From a virus: 64,000 nt of DNA. The notes beneath the pieces were generated by a model, which was not told the origin of the DNA, made no database searches, and saw nothing but the letters and a program-made list of their open reading frames with translations. Positions within the stretch are counted from its first letter, which is position 1. Every line of letters begins with the position of its first letter. Both the position numbers and the translations under genes were made by a program. Below are positions 46,571 through 56,060 of this stretch, piece after piece. Location: positions 8,038 to 72,037 of IMG/VR virus record IMGVR_UViG_3300037470_001029; one strand, written 5' to 3'.

Positions 46571-48540
46571 GAGCTCCGGAAGTCACCACTATCGATTTCG
46601 AGACCGAGGCCATAGAGAAGCGGCCGTCCTACCCGCCGGTGCCCGTCGGCGTCGCGATCAAGGAGCATGGGCAGAAGCCCTTTTACATGGCGTGGGGACA
46701 CCCTTCGGGGAACAACTGCTCGAAGGCCGACGCGCGCCGCGCGCTGCTGAAGATCTGGAAGGACCCGCGCGGGAAGCTCTTCCACAACGAGAAGTTCGAC
46801 GTCGACGTCGGCGAGGCGCACATGGGCCTGCCGCGCCTGCCGTGGGGCTCCTACCACGACACCATGTTCCTGGCCTTCCTAGATGACCCCGACCGGCCGA
46901 ACGTGAAGCTGAAGGACGTCGGCGAGGAGGTGCTAGGCAAGGTGCCGAAGGAGCGCGACGCGCTGCGCGACTGGATCCTGGCCAGCGTGCCGGGAGCGAC
47001 GCGCAAGGAGTGGGCGGCCCACATCAGCAAGGCGCCCGGAGGGCTGGTAGGAAAGTACGCGGGCCAGGGAGACGCGGAGACCACGGCCAGGCTGTTCGCC
47101 AGGCTCTACCCGCAGGTACTCGCCCGCGGAATGGGTCTCGCATACGACCGCGAGCGCCGCTGCACCCCCGGTCTAATGGATTCTGAGCGCCGCGGCATAC
47201 GCGTCGACGTCAAGAAGATGGAAAAGGAGGCGCCGTTCTACGAGGCGCTCCTCGAGCGAGCCGACGCGCTTCTCCGCAAGATACTCAAGAGCCCGGGCCT
47301 GGACCTCGACAAGAACGAGCAGGTTGCCGATGCCATGGACAAGGCTGGAGTCGTCGACTCGTGGACGCTGACTCCAGGAGGCAAGCGGGCCACCAACAAG
47401 AAGGTCCTGCTCAACGCGGTCAACAACAAGAAGCTGCTGGCGCTGCTCTTCTACCGCAACGCGCTCGCGACGTCGATCAGGACGTTCATGCGGCCGTGGC
47501 TCGCGACGGCGCACGAGGGCGGGGGCGGCCGGATCTTCACGTCCTGGAACCAGGTCAGGCAGGCCGATCGCGGCAATCCGTTCGGGGCGCGCACCGGGCG
47601 CCTCTCGTCGTCTCCGAACTTCCAGAATATCCCCATCTACACGCGTTCGATCCTGATCCTGCCGAAGCTCATCGAGTCCGGCTACATGGACAAGCTCGTC
47701 GACGCTGAGATGATAAAGAGATTTCCGTGGATCAGGCAGGAGTCGTTCGCCATAGAGATGGCCGACAAGACGAAGCGCACGATCGGACACGCCTGCCCGC
47801 TGCCGATGATGAAGGGCTACGTCTTGCCGGAGAAGGGCCACGTGCTCGTCGAGCGCGACTACTCGCAGCAGGAGTTCCGCATCCTGGCGCACTTCGAGGA
47901 CGGGGCGCTGCTGCAGGCCTACCGCGAGAACCCCCGCATGGACGTCCACGACGCGGCGCGCGACCTGATACACGACATCCTCGGAATCATGCTCGACCGC
48001 CGGCCGGTGAAGGACGTCGGCTTCTCTCTCATCTACGGCATGGGCCTCGCGGAGCTGGCGCGCAAGACCGAGGTGGACCTGGAGCAGGCCAAGAGCTTCA
48101 AGGGCGCGTACCTGCAGGCCATGCCCGGGCTCAAAGACCTCATAAAGGGGCTAAAGGAGTGCGCCGCGGCAAAGCAGCCGATCACCACGTGGGGAGGGCG
48201 ACAGTACTACTGCGAGAAGCCGCGCATCGTCAAGGGCAGGCTCAGGACCTTCGAGTACAAGCTCATCAACCGGCTCGTGCAGGGCAGCGCCGCCGACTGC
48301 ACGAAAGAAGGGAACGCGCGTTACGACGAGCTAGGGGAAGAGGGGCGCCGCGGCGGCCTCTTCATGATGACCGTGCACGACTCGACCGTCTCGTCCGTCC
48401 CGAAGGAGTGCTGGAGGGAGGCTGACGCGGCGCTCAAGGGCGCGATGGAGTCAGTGGAGTTCGACGTCCCCATGCTGACGGACGGGAAGGTCGGCACGAA
48501 AAACCTCGGCAACCTTGCGAAGATAAAGGATGCCGCTTGA
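46567..48540 (+). CDS. polA: DNA polymerase family A
   Basis: Exonuclease IDFET; RTGRLSS; motif A DYSQQEFR; motif B RRPVKDVGFSLIYG; motif C TVHDS. Confidence 0.95.
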   Translation: MRAPEVTTIDFETEAIEKRPSYPPVPVGVAIKEHGQKPFYMAWGHPSGNNCSKADARRALLKIWKDPRGKLFHNEKFDVDVGEAHMGLPRLPWGSYHDTMFLAFLDDPDRPNVKLKDVGEEVLGKVPKERDALRDWILASVPGATRKEWAAHISKAPGGLVGKYAGQGDAETTARLFARLYPQVLARGMGLAYDRERRCTPGLMDSERRGIRVDVKKMEKEAPFYEALLERADALLRKILKSPGLDLDKNEQVADAMDKAGVVDSWTLTPGGKRATNKKVLLNAVNNKKLLALLFYRNALATSIRTFMRPWLATAHEGGGGRIFTSWNQVRQADRGNPFGARTGRLSSSPNFQNIPIYTRSILILPKLIESGYMDKLVDAEMIKRFPWIRQESFAIEMADKTKRTIGHACPLPMMKGYVLPEKGHVLVERDYSQQEFRILAHFEDGALLQAYRENPRMDVHDAARDLIHDILGIMLDRRPVKDVGFSLIYGMGLAELARKTEVDLEQAKSFKGAYLQAMPGLKDLIKGLKECAAAKQPITTWGGRQYYCEKPRIVKGRLRTFEYKLINRLVQGSAADCTKEGNARYDELGEEGRRGGLFMMTVHDSTVSSVPKECWREADAALKGAMESVEFDVPMLTDGKVGTKNLGNLAKIKDAA

Positions 48541-49025
48541 TGGAAGTCTACCTAGGTCCGTGCGCAATGATACACGCGATGGCTTTCGTGCGCTCGACGC
48601 ACCGTCGCCTGCCGAAGATTCTAGGCGGTATGTGGGCAATAGGGCTATACGGCAAGCGCGGCGCGCTGCTGGGAGTTGCCATAGTCGGCAGGCCCTCGGC
48701 CCGCCTGCTCGACGACAAAAGGCGTCTGGAGATAACCCGCGTCGCCGTCAGGGCCAAGGTTCCTAACGGCTGCTCGATTCTCTACGGAGCATGCTCGCGG
48801 GCCGCGAGGGCGATGGGCGCCTCGGACCTGATCACCTACATACACTCCGACGAGCTGGGCGCGAGCGTGCGGTCCGCCAATTTCGTAGAGATGAGCATCG
48901 CGGCGAAGGGCCCGCGCGACTGGAGAAGGAGTAGCATCGACTGCGGGCGAACCGCCCCGCACGACAACTTGCCGAAGCGCCGATTCCTGGCGCCTTGGTC
49001 AGAAATGCTGAAACAAGGAGACTGA
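48537..49025 (+). CDS. XF1762/Mom-like GNAT-fold protein
   Basis: FVRSTHR...GVAIVGRPSARLLDD...LEITRV...NGCSILYGAC...LITY. Confidence 0.7.
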   Translation: MMEVYLGPCAMIHAMAFVRSTHRRLPKILGGMWAIGLYGKRGALLGVAIVGRPSARLLDDKRRLEITRVAVRAKVPNGCSILYGACSRAARAMGASDLITYIHSDELGASVRSANFVEMSIAAKGPRDWRRSSIDCGRTAPHDNLPKRRFLAPWSEMLKQGD

Positions 49026-49029
49026 AGAT

Positions 49030-49785
49030 ATGCCCACCAAGGCCAAGGCCGCTCTGCTCAGGTTCACCGCGTGGAGCTGGTCGCGCTTCAACGACCACCG
49101 CCGCTGCGCATTCTACGCGTTCTGCAAGTACCTGCGTAAGCTGCCGGAGCCGGGCTCGCCGGCGATGGACCGCGGCGGCGCGATCCACAAGCTCGCGGAG
49201 GACTGGACGCTCGGCAAAGGCGACAAGCTGCCGCCGGAGCTCAAGCTCTTCAAGACGGAATTCGCGCACCTTCGCAAGATCAAGGCTAATGTCGAGGGCC
49301 AGATCGCCGTCGACCGCATGTGGAAGCCGACCGACTGGTTCGGCAAGGACGCCTGGCTCCGCGTCGTCACCGACGCGCGCTACGAAGAGAACCCGAAGGA
49401 CGGAAAAGTAGTTTCCGCGATCGACCACAAGACCGGCAAGATCTACGAGGAGAACGACGAGCAACTCTCGCTTTACATCCCGGCGCTCTTCTCGCATTAC
49501 CCGCGCGCCGACGAGATCAACCTGAAGCTCTACTACCTCGACCAAGGCGAGGAGCGCCTGTACCGCTACCGCCGCGAGGGCATCGCCAGGCCGCGCGAGC
49601 TGCCGCCCGCCAGGAAGGGCGGCGCGCCGGTCGTCGAGAAGGCGCCCTCGCACGTAGCGCTCATGAAGATCTGGACAGAGAAGTCCTACCCGATCCTGAC
49701 CGACAGGCAGTTCGTCGCGACGCCGAACGACAAGTGCCGCTTCTGCCACTACAGGAAGTCGAACGGCGGCCCTTGCCGATACTAG
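49030..49785 (+). CDS. Cas4/RecB-like PD-(D/E)XK exonuclease
   Basis: WSWSR...C...RGGAIH...IDHKTGK...QLSLY...CRFCHY...C. Confidence 0.85.
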   Translation: MPTKAKAALLRFTAWSWSRFNDHRRCAFYAFCKYLRKLPEPGSPAMDRGGAIHKLAEDWTLGKGDKLPPELKLFKTEFAHLRKIKANVEGQIAVDRMWKPTDWFGKDAWLRVVTDARYEENPKDGKVVSAIDHKTGKIYEENDEQLSLYIPALFSHYPRADEINLKLYYLDQGEERLYRYRREGIARPRELPPARKGGAPVVEKAPSHVALMKIWTEKSYPILTDRQFVATPNDKCRFCHYRKSNGGPCRY

Positions 49786-49794
49786 GAGGCCTGA

Positions 49795-50331
49795 ATGAGA
49801 GACATCATGATAGACCTGGAGACGATGGGGACGCGGGCAGGCTGCGCCCTGGTCTCCATCGGCGCGGTCGCGTTCGGACCCAAGGGCCTTGGAGAGGAAT
49901 TCTACGAGGTGGTAAATTCGGCATCTTGCAAGGGGCTCTTCGTCGACGTAGACACGGCCGCCTGGTGGTCAAAGCAGTCGCAAGAGGCCCGCGAGGTACT
50001 GCGGCTCGCATCGCGCAAGGCCAGCAGCCTTCCTCTCCCGAAAGCGCTCTGGAAGTTCCGCGCCTACGTCCGCGGCGTCAGCGTCGACGCGAGGGTATGG
50101 GGCAACGGAGCCGACTTCGACCTGCCGATACTGGCGGCGGCCTACGCGTCGATAGGAGAGGACGCTCCCTGGCCGCCGTTCAACGGCCGCTGCTACCGCA
50201 CGCTGAAAGGCCTGGCCCGCGAGGTCAAGCTAGAACGCGGCGGCACGCACCACAATGCGCTGGACGACGCCAAGACGCAGGCCTTGCACCTTATCAAAAT
50301 ATTGAAGAAGCTAAAACTGGAGGTAACATGA
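49795..50331 (+). CDS. DEDDh 3'-5' exonuclease
   Basis: MIDLETMG...WGNGADFD...HNALDDA. Confidence 0.85.
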   Translation: MRDIMIDLETMGTRAGCALVSIGAVAFGPKGLGEEFYEVVNSASCKGLFVDVDTAAWWSKQSQEAREVLRLASRKASSLPLPKALWKFRAYVRGVSVDARVWGNGADFDLPILAAAYASIGEDAPWPPFNGRCYRTLKGLAREVKLERGGTHHNALDDAKTQALHLIKILKKLKLEVT

Positions 50332-50738
50332 GGAAGGCCGCAAAAAATGCGCCGGGATTTTCTCGCGCCAAGGGGAAGCCGCTGAAGAGGCCGCGGCGCA
50401 TCAATCGGACGGAGGCCTCGGTGGAAGGCGCCTGCTGCCGCTACCTGAAGAAGCTCGGGCTCGTGCACCGCAAGATGAACGGGTTCGGCTTCAACGCCTG
50501 GCCCGACAGGATGATCCTGCCGCCGAACATGGGCGCTCCCTGGAGCAAGAACAGCGTCCACGGGCATGTTCTGTGGGTAGAGCTGAAGAGGCCGCTCGAA
50601 GATCCGACTCCGCTGCAGGCCAAGCTGCACGACGACCTGCGATGCAGCGGCCAGGAAGTCTGCGTCGTCCGCTCGGTGGAAGAATTCAAAGAGGTGGTGA
50701 ATGCGTTCCACAGAAAATACTGCCCGATCGATATTTAA
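50328..50738 (+). CDS. VRR-NUC domain nuclease
   Basis: TEASVE...WPDRMIL...WVELKRP...TPLQ. Confidence 0.8.
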   Translation: MRKAAKNAPGFSRAKGKPLKRPRRINRTEASVEGACCRYLKKLGLVHRKMNGFGFNAWPDRMILPPNMGAPWSKNSVHGHVLWVELKRPLEDPTPLQAKLHDDLRCSGQEVCVVRSVEEFKEVVNAFHRKYCPIDI

Positions 50739-51179
50739 ATGAGCAGATCTCCAGCTCATTGCGCTTACCAGGCAAAGCTAGAGAAAAAGGGTTTGCGCGA
50801 ATGCCCTAAATGCAAGAAGATCAAAAAGCTGAGATACTTTGGCCGACATTCGCAAACCAACAATGGTCTTTGCTGGTGTCTTAAGTGTAATCGCGCAGCG
50901 TCTATTGGATGGCATAGGAAAATCAAGGCAGAGGTCTTTGCGCATTACGGCAGCAAGTGCCGCAAATGCGGAGAGTCGGATATAGATGTCCTGACCATAG
51001 ATCACATCGATCAAAAGGGCTCGGTGCACAAAAGAAGCCTGAGTTTGACAAGTGGTAGCAAAATGTGGAGGTGGCTCCGCGAAAATAATTATCCAAAAGG
51101 CTTCAGGCTGCTATGCTTTAATTGCAACGTCAAAGAGTACCGAAAGTTCCTCTACCGTAAAGAGAAGGAAATGATATGA
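50739..51179 (+). mobile_element. Free-standing HNH-type (homing) endonuclease gene
   Basis: CPKC/CLKC zinc finger, CRKC...LTIDHID...LLCFNCN; strongly AT-richer than the flanks. Confidence 0.75.
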
Positions 51180-52670
51180 AAGGAGTCGAGCCCTTCCGGG
51201 TTGAGGCTCAGGCCTGGGTTCCGGTCCCGTTCATGCTGCGCGCCATGCGCTTCATGCTTGAACGCGGCGCGGCTGGCCTGCTCCTTGACCCGGGCTAGTT
51301 GAGGCATGCGCAAGACCTCCATCAGCCTGGCGGTGATGAAGATCCTGAAGAAGAACCACCGCCGCTTCCCGTTCCTGGTGATCGCGCCGCTGCGCGTCTG
51401 CCAGCTCGTGTGGCCCAAGGAGCTGAAGAAGTGGAAGGAGTTCTCCGGACTCACGATGGAGATACTGCACGGCCCGAAGAAGGGCGAGGCACTGCGCAGG
51501 AAGGCCGACATCTACGTGATAAACCCGGAGGGCCTCGACTGGCTCTTCGAGGAGCTTCGCGGCATCAACGGCTGGCCGTTCGAGGGACTGCTCGTCGACG
51601 AGTCGACCAAGTTCAAGCGCGCGTCGTCGCTGCGCTCGCGGCTGCTGCGCGGCTACCTGCCGATGTTCAGGCGCCGCTACATACTCACGGGCAGCCCGTC
51701 GCCCAACGGGCTCATCGACCTCTTCGGGCAGATACTGGTGCTGGACCTCGGCAATGCGCTCGGCCGCTACGTCACGCACTACCGCCGCGATTACTTCTTC
51801 CCTATGGAAGGCCGCTGGATACCCGAGGAGGGCGCGGAGGAGAAGATCTACAAGCGCCTCCGCCCGCTCGTCGTGCACATGGACGCGGCAGACTACATCA
51901 AGCTGCCGCCGCTGATCGGCGACATCACGAGCGACGAGCCGCTCATCACCGAGGTCGAGCTCCCGCCCGCTGCGCGCAAGATCTACGACGACATGGAGGA
52001 GAGCCTCATCGCGATGGTGGACAAGGGCGTGGTCACCGCGGCGAACGCGGCCGTGGCGATGATGAAGTGCCGCCAGATCGCCAACGGCGGCATCTACAAC
52101 GACCCCGAGCGCAAGAGCTGGAGCAAGATACACGACGCAAAGACCGACGCGGTGCTGGAGCTGGTGGAGTCCCTGCAAGGACAGCCGCTGCTCGTCGCGA
52201 TCGACTTCAGGCACGACGAGGACAGGCTCTTGCGCGCGCTCCCGCCGGGCACGCCCTCGTTCTCCGGAGGAAAGTCGCTCAAGGAAGCGCAGCGCATCGA
52301 GGCCGCGTGGAACGCCGGCGACCTGCCCGTGCTGCTCGGCAACCCGCAGTCCGTCGCGTGGGGGCTAAACCTGCAGGAGCACGGACGCGCGGTCGCGTGG
52401 CACTCGCAGACCTGGGATTGGGAGCAATACATGCAGTTCATCCGCCGCGTCTGGCGCAGCGGGCAGAAGGGCCGCGTGTTCGTCCACCACATCGTCGCGC
52501 GGCACACGGTGGACAGGCCCATGCTCTCCGCCGTGAAGCGCAAAGGCAAGGACGAGGGCGCGCTGCTGCACGCGCTGCGCGAGTACGCGGAGGAGAAGCT
52601 CGGGCGCCGAGTCAAGGCGCAAAAGAAGAAGGGCGCCGGAGCGCCCTTCAAGGGTCGTGCGAAGCGCTAG
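51176..52670 (+). CDS. SNF2-family helicase, interrupted in Walker A by a 10-nt gap (51296-51305)
   Basis: 51176-51295 encodes ...GLLLDPG and then hits TAG. From 51306 the frame reads MRKTS...IAPLRV...VDES...LTGSP...GLNLQ...RVWRSGQ. Removing 10 nt restores LDPGMRKTS. Confidence 0.85.
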
Positions 52671-52912
52671 CCCACCGTGTAATCTGGGTGGCCCTTGCTC
52701 GCGAGGTAGGCGCACCATCCCTTGTAGCGTGCCTCGTACGCGCTCCCCGCGGAGCCGTGCCAGTAGAACTTGTCCGGCCCGTGGAACTCCCAGTGGTCCC
52801 TGTCGAAGTGGTAGGTCCAGGTCTCCTTGCGCTGCGCCGCGGTCGTGTACTCGCGGACCTCGGGCATCACCTGCGCGAGCAGCGCGCGTCCGAAGTCGGA
52901 ATCGAGGCTCAC
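52667..52912 (-). CDS. Hypothetical protein
   Basis: 81 aa; GTGA overlap; converges on the helicase stop. Confidence 0.55.
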   Translation of the reverse strand: MSLDSDFGRALLAQVMPEVREYTTAAQRKETWTYHFDRDHWEFHGPDKFYWHGSAGSAYEARYKGWCAYLASKGHPDYTVG

Positions 52913-53397
52913 AGGAGTTCCATCTCGGCGCGGTACTCCGTCAGCATTTCCAACCTTCCCTCGAAGCGCTGCGCGATGCTGCTCTCGACCGCGGCCTTCT
53001 CGCCGTCGACCGCGTTAGAGAAGGCGCTGCTGCTGCCCCGCGTGTACCGGTTATTCGCCGCGTTTGCACGGAACTGCTGCGCGTGGTAGCTGAGCACCTC
53101 GAAGACGGTGTGGCCGCTCGCGATGTCGGAGAGCACTTCTACCGCGATCTGCGCCGCATAGTCTTCCTTGACTCCGTGGCCCCAAGAGGCTTCGTACACC
53201 AGCGAGCCGGCGCTGCTGAGCAGCTTCTTCGACAGCTCTTCGCGCGACTGCTTGCCGATTTCGACCAAGTCTTCGAGGTACTTCATGACGCGCGCCTCTG
53301 CGTCGCTGTACTTCTGCTCCGGCGTGCGCTCGTCGATCGGCTGCACGAAGGCGGGCTTCGCCACTTTGTAGTCACCGGTTCTGCGATGCTTGCTCAT
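52909..53397 (-). CDS. Hypothetical protein
   Basis: ATG 53397 with AAGGAG RBS, downstream of the leftward promoter. Confidence 0.6.
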   Translation of the reverse strand: MSKHRRTGDYKVAKPAFVQPIDERTPEQKYSDAEARVMKYLEDLVEIGKQSREELSKKLLSSAGSLVYEASWGHGVKEDYAAQIAVEVLSDIASGHTVFEVLSYHAQQFRANAANNRYTRGSSSAFSNAVDGEKAAVESSIAQRFEGRLEMLTEYRAEMELL

Positions 53398-53430
53398 GAT
53401 CTTCTCCTTGGGTTGCACTGCAATGAATGA

Positions 53431-53460
53431 AGCATAGCGTAACCATGGGATACCGCAAGC
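53431..53460 (-). promoter_or_regulatory. Leftward sigma70-like promoter
   Basis: TTGCGG-N16-TATGCT with an A-rich upstream tract. Confidence 0.6.
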
Positions 53461-53640
53461 ACTTTATTTTCAGGCATCCTCTGGTTTCTGGCGTGCTTCC
53501 GTCCAGGCATCCCCGTACCACATGCTGAAACTGGCTAGTTAGCCGCTTGCTTGCGCTCCGACCGGTTTGGGTGCATTATATAGGTACGGCAGGCGGCGTG
53601 CCAGAGGACTTGGATCGCCACGAAATAAACTTCAAAAAAA

Positions 53641-53670
53641 GCTTGCAGTCTCCCATGGTCGTGGTATCAT
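53641..53670 (+). promoter_or_regulatory. Rightward sigma70-like promoter
   Basis: TTGCAG-N16-TATCAT with an extended -10 TG and an upstream A-tract. Confidence 0.65.
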
Positions 53671-53812
53671 GGGTACATTAGCAGCGCAGCACGAAGGACG
53701 AATCCGAGGGGCAGCGGGCGCAGGAGCAGAACAACGCCGAAAGCGCCGCCCTCCAAAAGCCAGAGCGCGGGCCCCTCGGATTCACCCTCAAAAACAGAAT
53801 AGGAGCAAGAGC

Positions 53813-54825
53813 ATGAAACCCATCAACGCGACGCGCAGCACGAACAAGTTCTGCATCACCTCAGGACACCTCTACGCCTTTAAGAAGATCGGCGAGAAGT
53901 TTCCCAAGGGGCTGGTCGCTGTCGCCTACGACGACGCCGACGACGAGTACACGGTGCGGGTCGCGGAGGACGAGAGGCTGGTCGACTACCGCCTCAACCT
54001 GATCGCCTGCGGGATGATCGCGGTGGCGGAGGAGCAAGTGGTCGCGAAGTTCTCCAAGTACGCGTCCCTCTGAAAAACAGAATAAGGAGCAGAAATGAAA
54101 AGCATCTACGCAGTCGGCAGCATCAAGACCTTCCGCGGAAACGAGGGGTACGGCCTGAACGCGACGATCACGCGCGACGGGCGCGCGGTAGCCTTCGTCC
54201 TCGACGACGCGAGCGGCGGCGAGGTCCGCGTGGACTTCCGCAACCCTCTGCAGACGCCGCGCTCCTACCAGCTCACCACCGCGGAGGACGCGCTCGCTGA
54301 GCAGCAGCAGGCGCATGCGTTCGCGCTGGAATGGTACAAGACGGCGCCGAAGGAGGCGCAGTACCTCGGATGCGGAATCCCCGTGACGGGCGAGCGCTGC
54401 CTCGCGGTGTGGATCGATGAGCAGGTCGACCTGCACGAGACGCGCAAGCAGTTCGACCGCGACGCGAAGAAGACGACGCTGTTCAAGATCAAGGGAGACG
54501 ACAAGGACGCGTGGCGCACCCTGAAGAATGCGCCCTACTCGCCCGCGGTGCAGGCCTTCCTCGACAAGAAGTACGGAGACAGGCTGGAGCGCGTCTACAA
54601 CAGGGACGGACTCTGATGAGAGCGCTTCGCAAGATGGGAGACGCGCAGCGCGCCGCGAGAATCTTCGGTTGCAGCGTCGAGCAGGCCAAGGCGCTCTACC
54701 GCAAGAACGCGGAGCAGCTCGCGCAGATGGCGGAGAAGGCGGAAGACACGGGCGGCAGGTACAACGGCTACACTGCCGCCGAGCTGAGGGAGAAGGCCAA
54801 GGCCTTCGAAGAGAAAAGCAGGTGA
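53813..54825 (+). CDS. Three early hypothetical genes (53813-54073, 54095-54616, 54616-54825)
   Basis: AAACAGAATA(A)GGAG RBSs; TGATG coupling. Confidence 0.6.
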
Positions 54826-54898
54826 CTCCCGCAGCGCCTTCCAAGAGGGCGCTGCGAGGGCAAACCCGCCCGCACAAACCTAAAATAGGAGTAACGAC

Positions 54899-55126
54899 AT
54901 GAACAAGACCGAGATCCTCAAGAGCACCGTCGAAGCCGCAGGCGTCGCTCTCCGCGCGAAGCGCGCCGGGCGCAAGCCCGCCACCAAGGGCGCGCTCTGC
55001 CGCGGCCTCATCCTCGAGGGCAAGAAGTCCGTGGCCGAGATCGCCAAGGCCGCCAAGACCACGGAGAACTCCGTGTACTGGTACCGCAGCGAGCTGAAGT
55101 CCCTCGGCGCGCGGGTGCCGGCGTGA
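54899..55126 (+). CDS. Small HTH-like protein, paralogue 1
   Basis: GALCRGLILEGKKSVAEIAKAAKTTENSVYWYRSELK. Confidence 0.65.
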   Translation: MNKTEILKSTVEAAGVALRAKRAGRKPATKGALCRGLILEGKKSVAEIAKAAKTTENSVYWYRSELKSLGARVPA

Positions 55127-55443
55127 GCAGGTCAGCGACCAAGAAGACGAAGCGGCCCGCCACCACGCGGGTCGTCTTCGACTACCTCATCGGCGCTGAC
55201 GACTTCCGCACGATGTCCGCGATCTGCGCCGACACCGGAGAGCACCCAAACCGCGTGAGCGCCGCTCTGCACCACCTGCAGAAGCACAGCGCGGCCGACT
55301 TCGTCGAGGGCGACGCGCAGGTGCCGCACTGGTATGCGAAGCCCGGCGACGACACGCGCACCAAGGTCGTCGACGAAGTCCCCGAGCACATCGAGCACCG
55401 CGCGAAGCGGCGGGCCCGCATCACGAAGAGGAAGCTGCCATGA
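55123..55443 (+). CDS. Winged-HTH-like protein
   Basis: VFDYL...TMSAICADTG...NRVSAALHHLQK...WY. Confidence 0.5.
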   Translation: MSRSATKKTKRPATTRVVFDYLIGADDFRTMSAICADTGEHPNRVSAALHHLQKHSAADFVEGDAQVPHWYAKPGDDTRTKVVDEVPEHIEHRAKRRARITKRKLP

Positions 55444-56060
55444 CCATCTACAGCAACAGGCCCGCCCCCGCGTGGGACAAGTCGGGCGAGAGGAGGATCC
55501 CCATGACACACGAGATGGCGAAGAAGCTCGGCGCCGGATCCATCAAGGTCGCGGTCGTCGTGGCGGCCAAGGACGGCCGCTGGGCGTTCGGCCGCAAGGA
55601 GGACGAGGCGAAGCTGCGCGAGAAGAAGCGGGGCGACTTCGACACCGCCCCTGAGGCGGTGGCCGCAGCCGGGCGCGAGTTCGAGATCATCATCAACACG
55701 GCGCCTGCCGCGGCCGCGAAGAAGAAGGGCTGGGAGCTGGGCCCGGCCGCGCGCAGGGTCGCGGAGAAGGTCGACCTCGCCACGGCGGAGGAGCGCGTCG
55801 CGGCGCATGCAGCCAAGGATACCCTTGGCGTGCACCGCTTCGCCGGCAAGAAGCAGGCCGCCGAGATTTCCAAGAAGGCGACCAAGCCCGGCGCGAAGCC
55901 GCGCGGCAAGGGCATCGGCCACTTCTGCGAGGCAATGATCGCCGACGGCAAGACGAACGCGGAGATCCTCGCGGCGGTTGCGAAGACGTTCCCCGACGCT
56001 AAGACCTCGGACTCATCCGTCAACTGGTACCGCAACAAGATGGCGAAGGAGGCGAGATGA
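55440..56060 (+). CDS. Basic protein with a C-terminal HTH-like domain, paralogue 2
   Basis: GIGHFCEAMIADGKTNAEILAAVAKTFPDAKTSDSSVNWYRNKM. Confidence 0.65.
   Translation: MTIYSNRPAPAWDKSGERRIPMTHEMAKKLGAGSIKVAVVVAAKDGRWAFGRKEDEAKLREKKRGDFDTAPEAVAAAGREFEIIINTAPAAAAKKKGWELGPAARRVAEKVDLATAEERVAAHAAKDTLGVHRFAGKKQAAEISKKATKPGAKPRGKGIGHFCEAMIADGKTNAEILAAVAKTFPDAKTSDSSVNWYRNKMAKEAR

Noticed and set aside
47630-47810. Extra segment in PolA before motif A as an intein
   Set aside because: It is only about 55 aa and lacks intein terminal residues; it is more likely a variable loop.
51299-53089. 596-aa ORF as the TAG-readthrough product of the helicase N-terminus
   Set aside because: It is an off-frame shadow ORF with no helicase motifs; all conserved motifs are in the 51306 frame.
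54857-54885. GGGCAAACC as a c-di-GMP-I riboswitch
   Set aside because: The GNRA-capped stem and the downstream conserved elements are absent.
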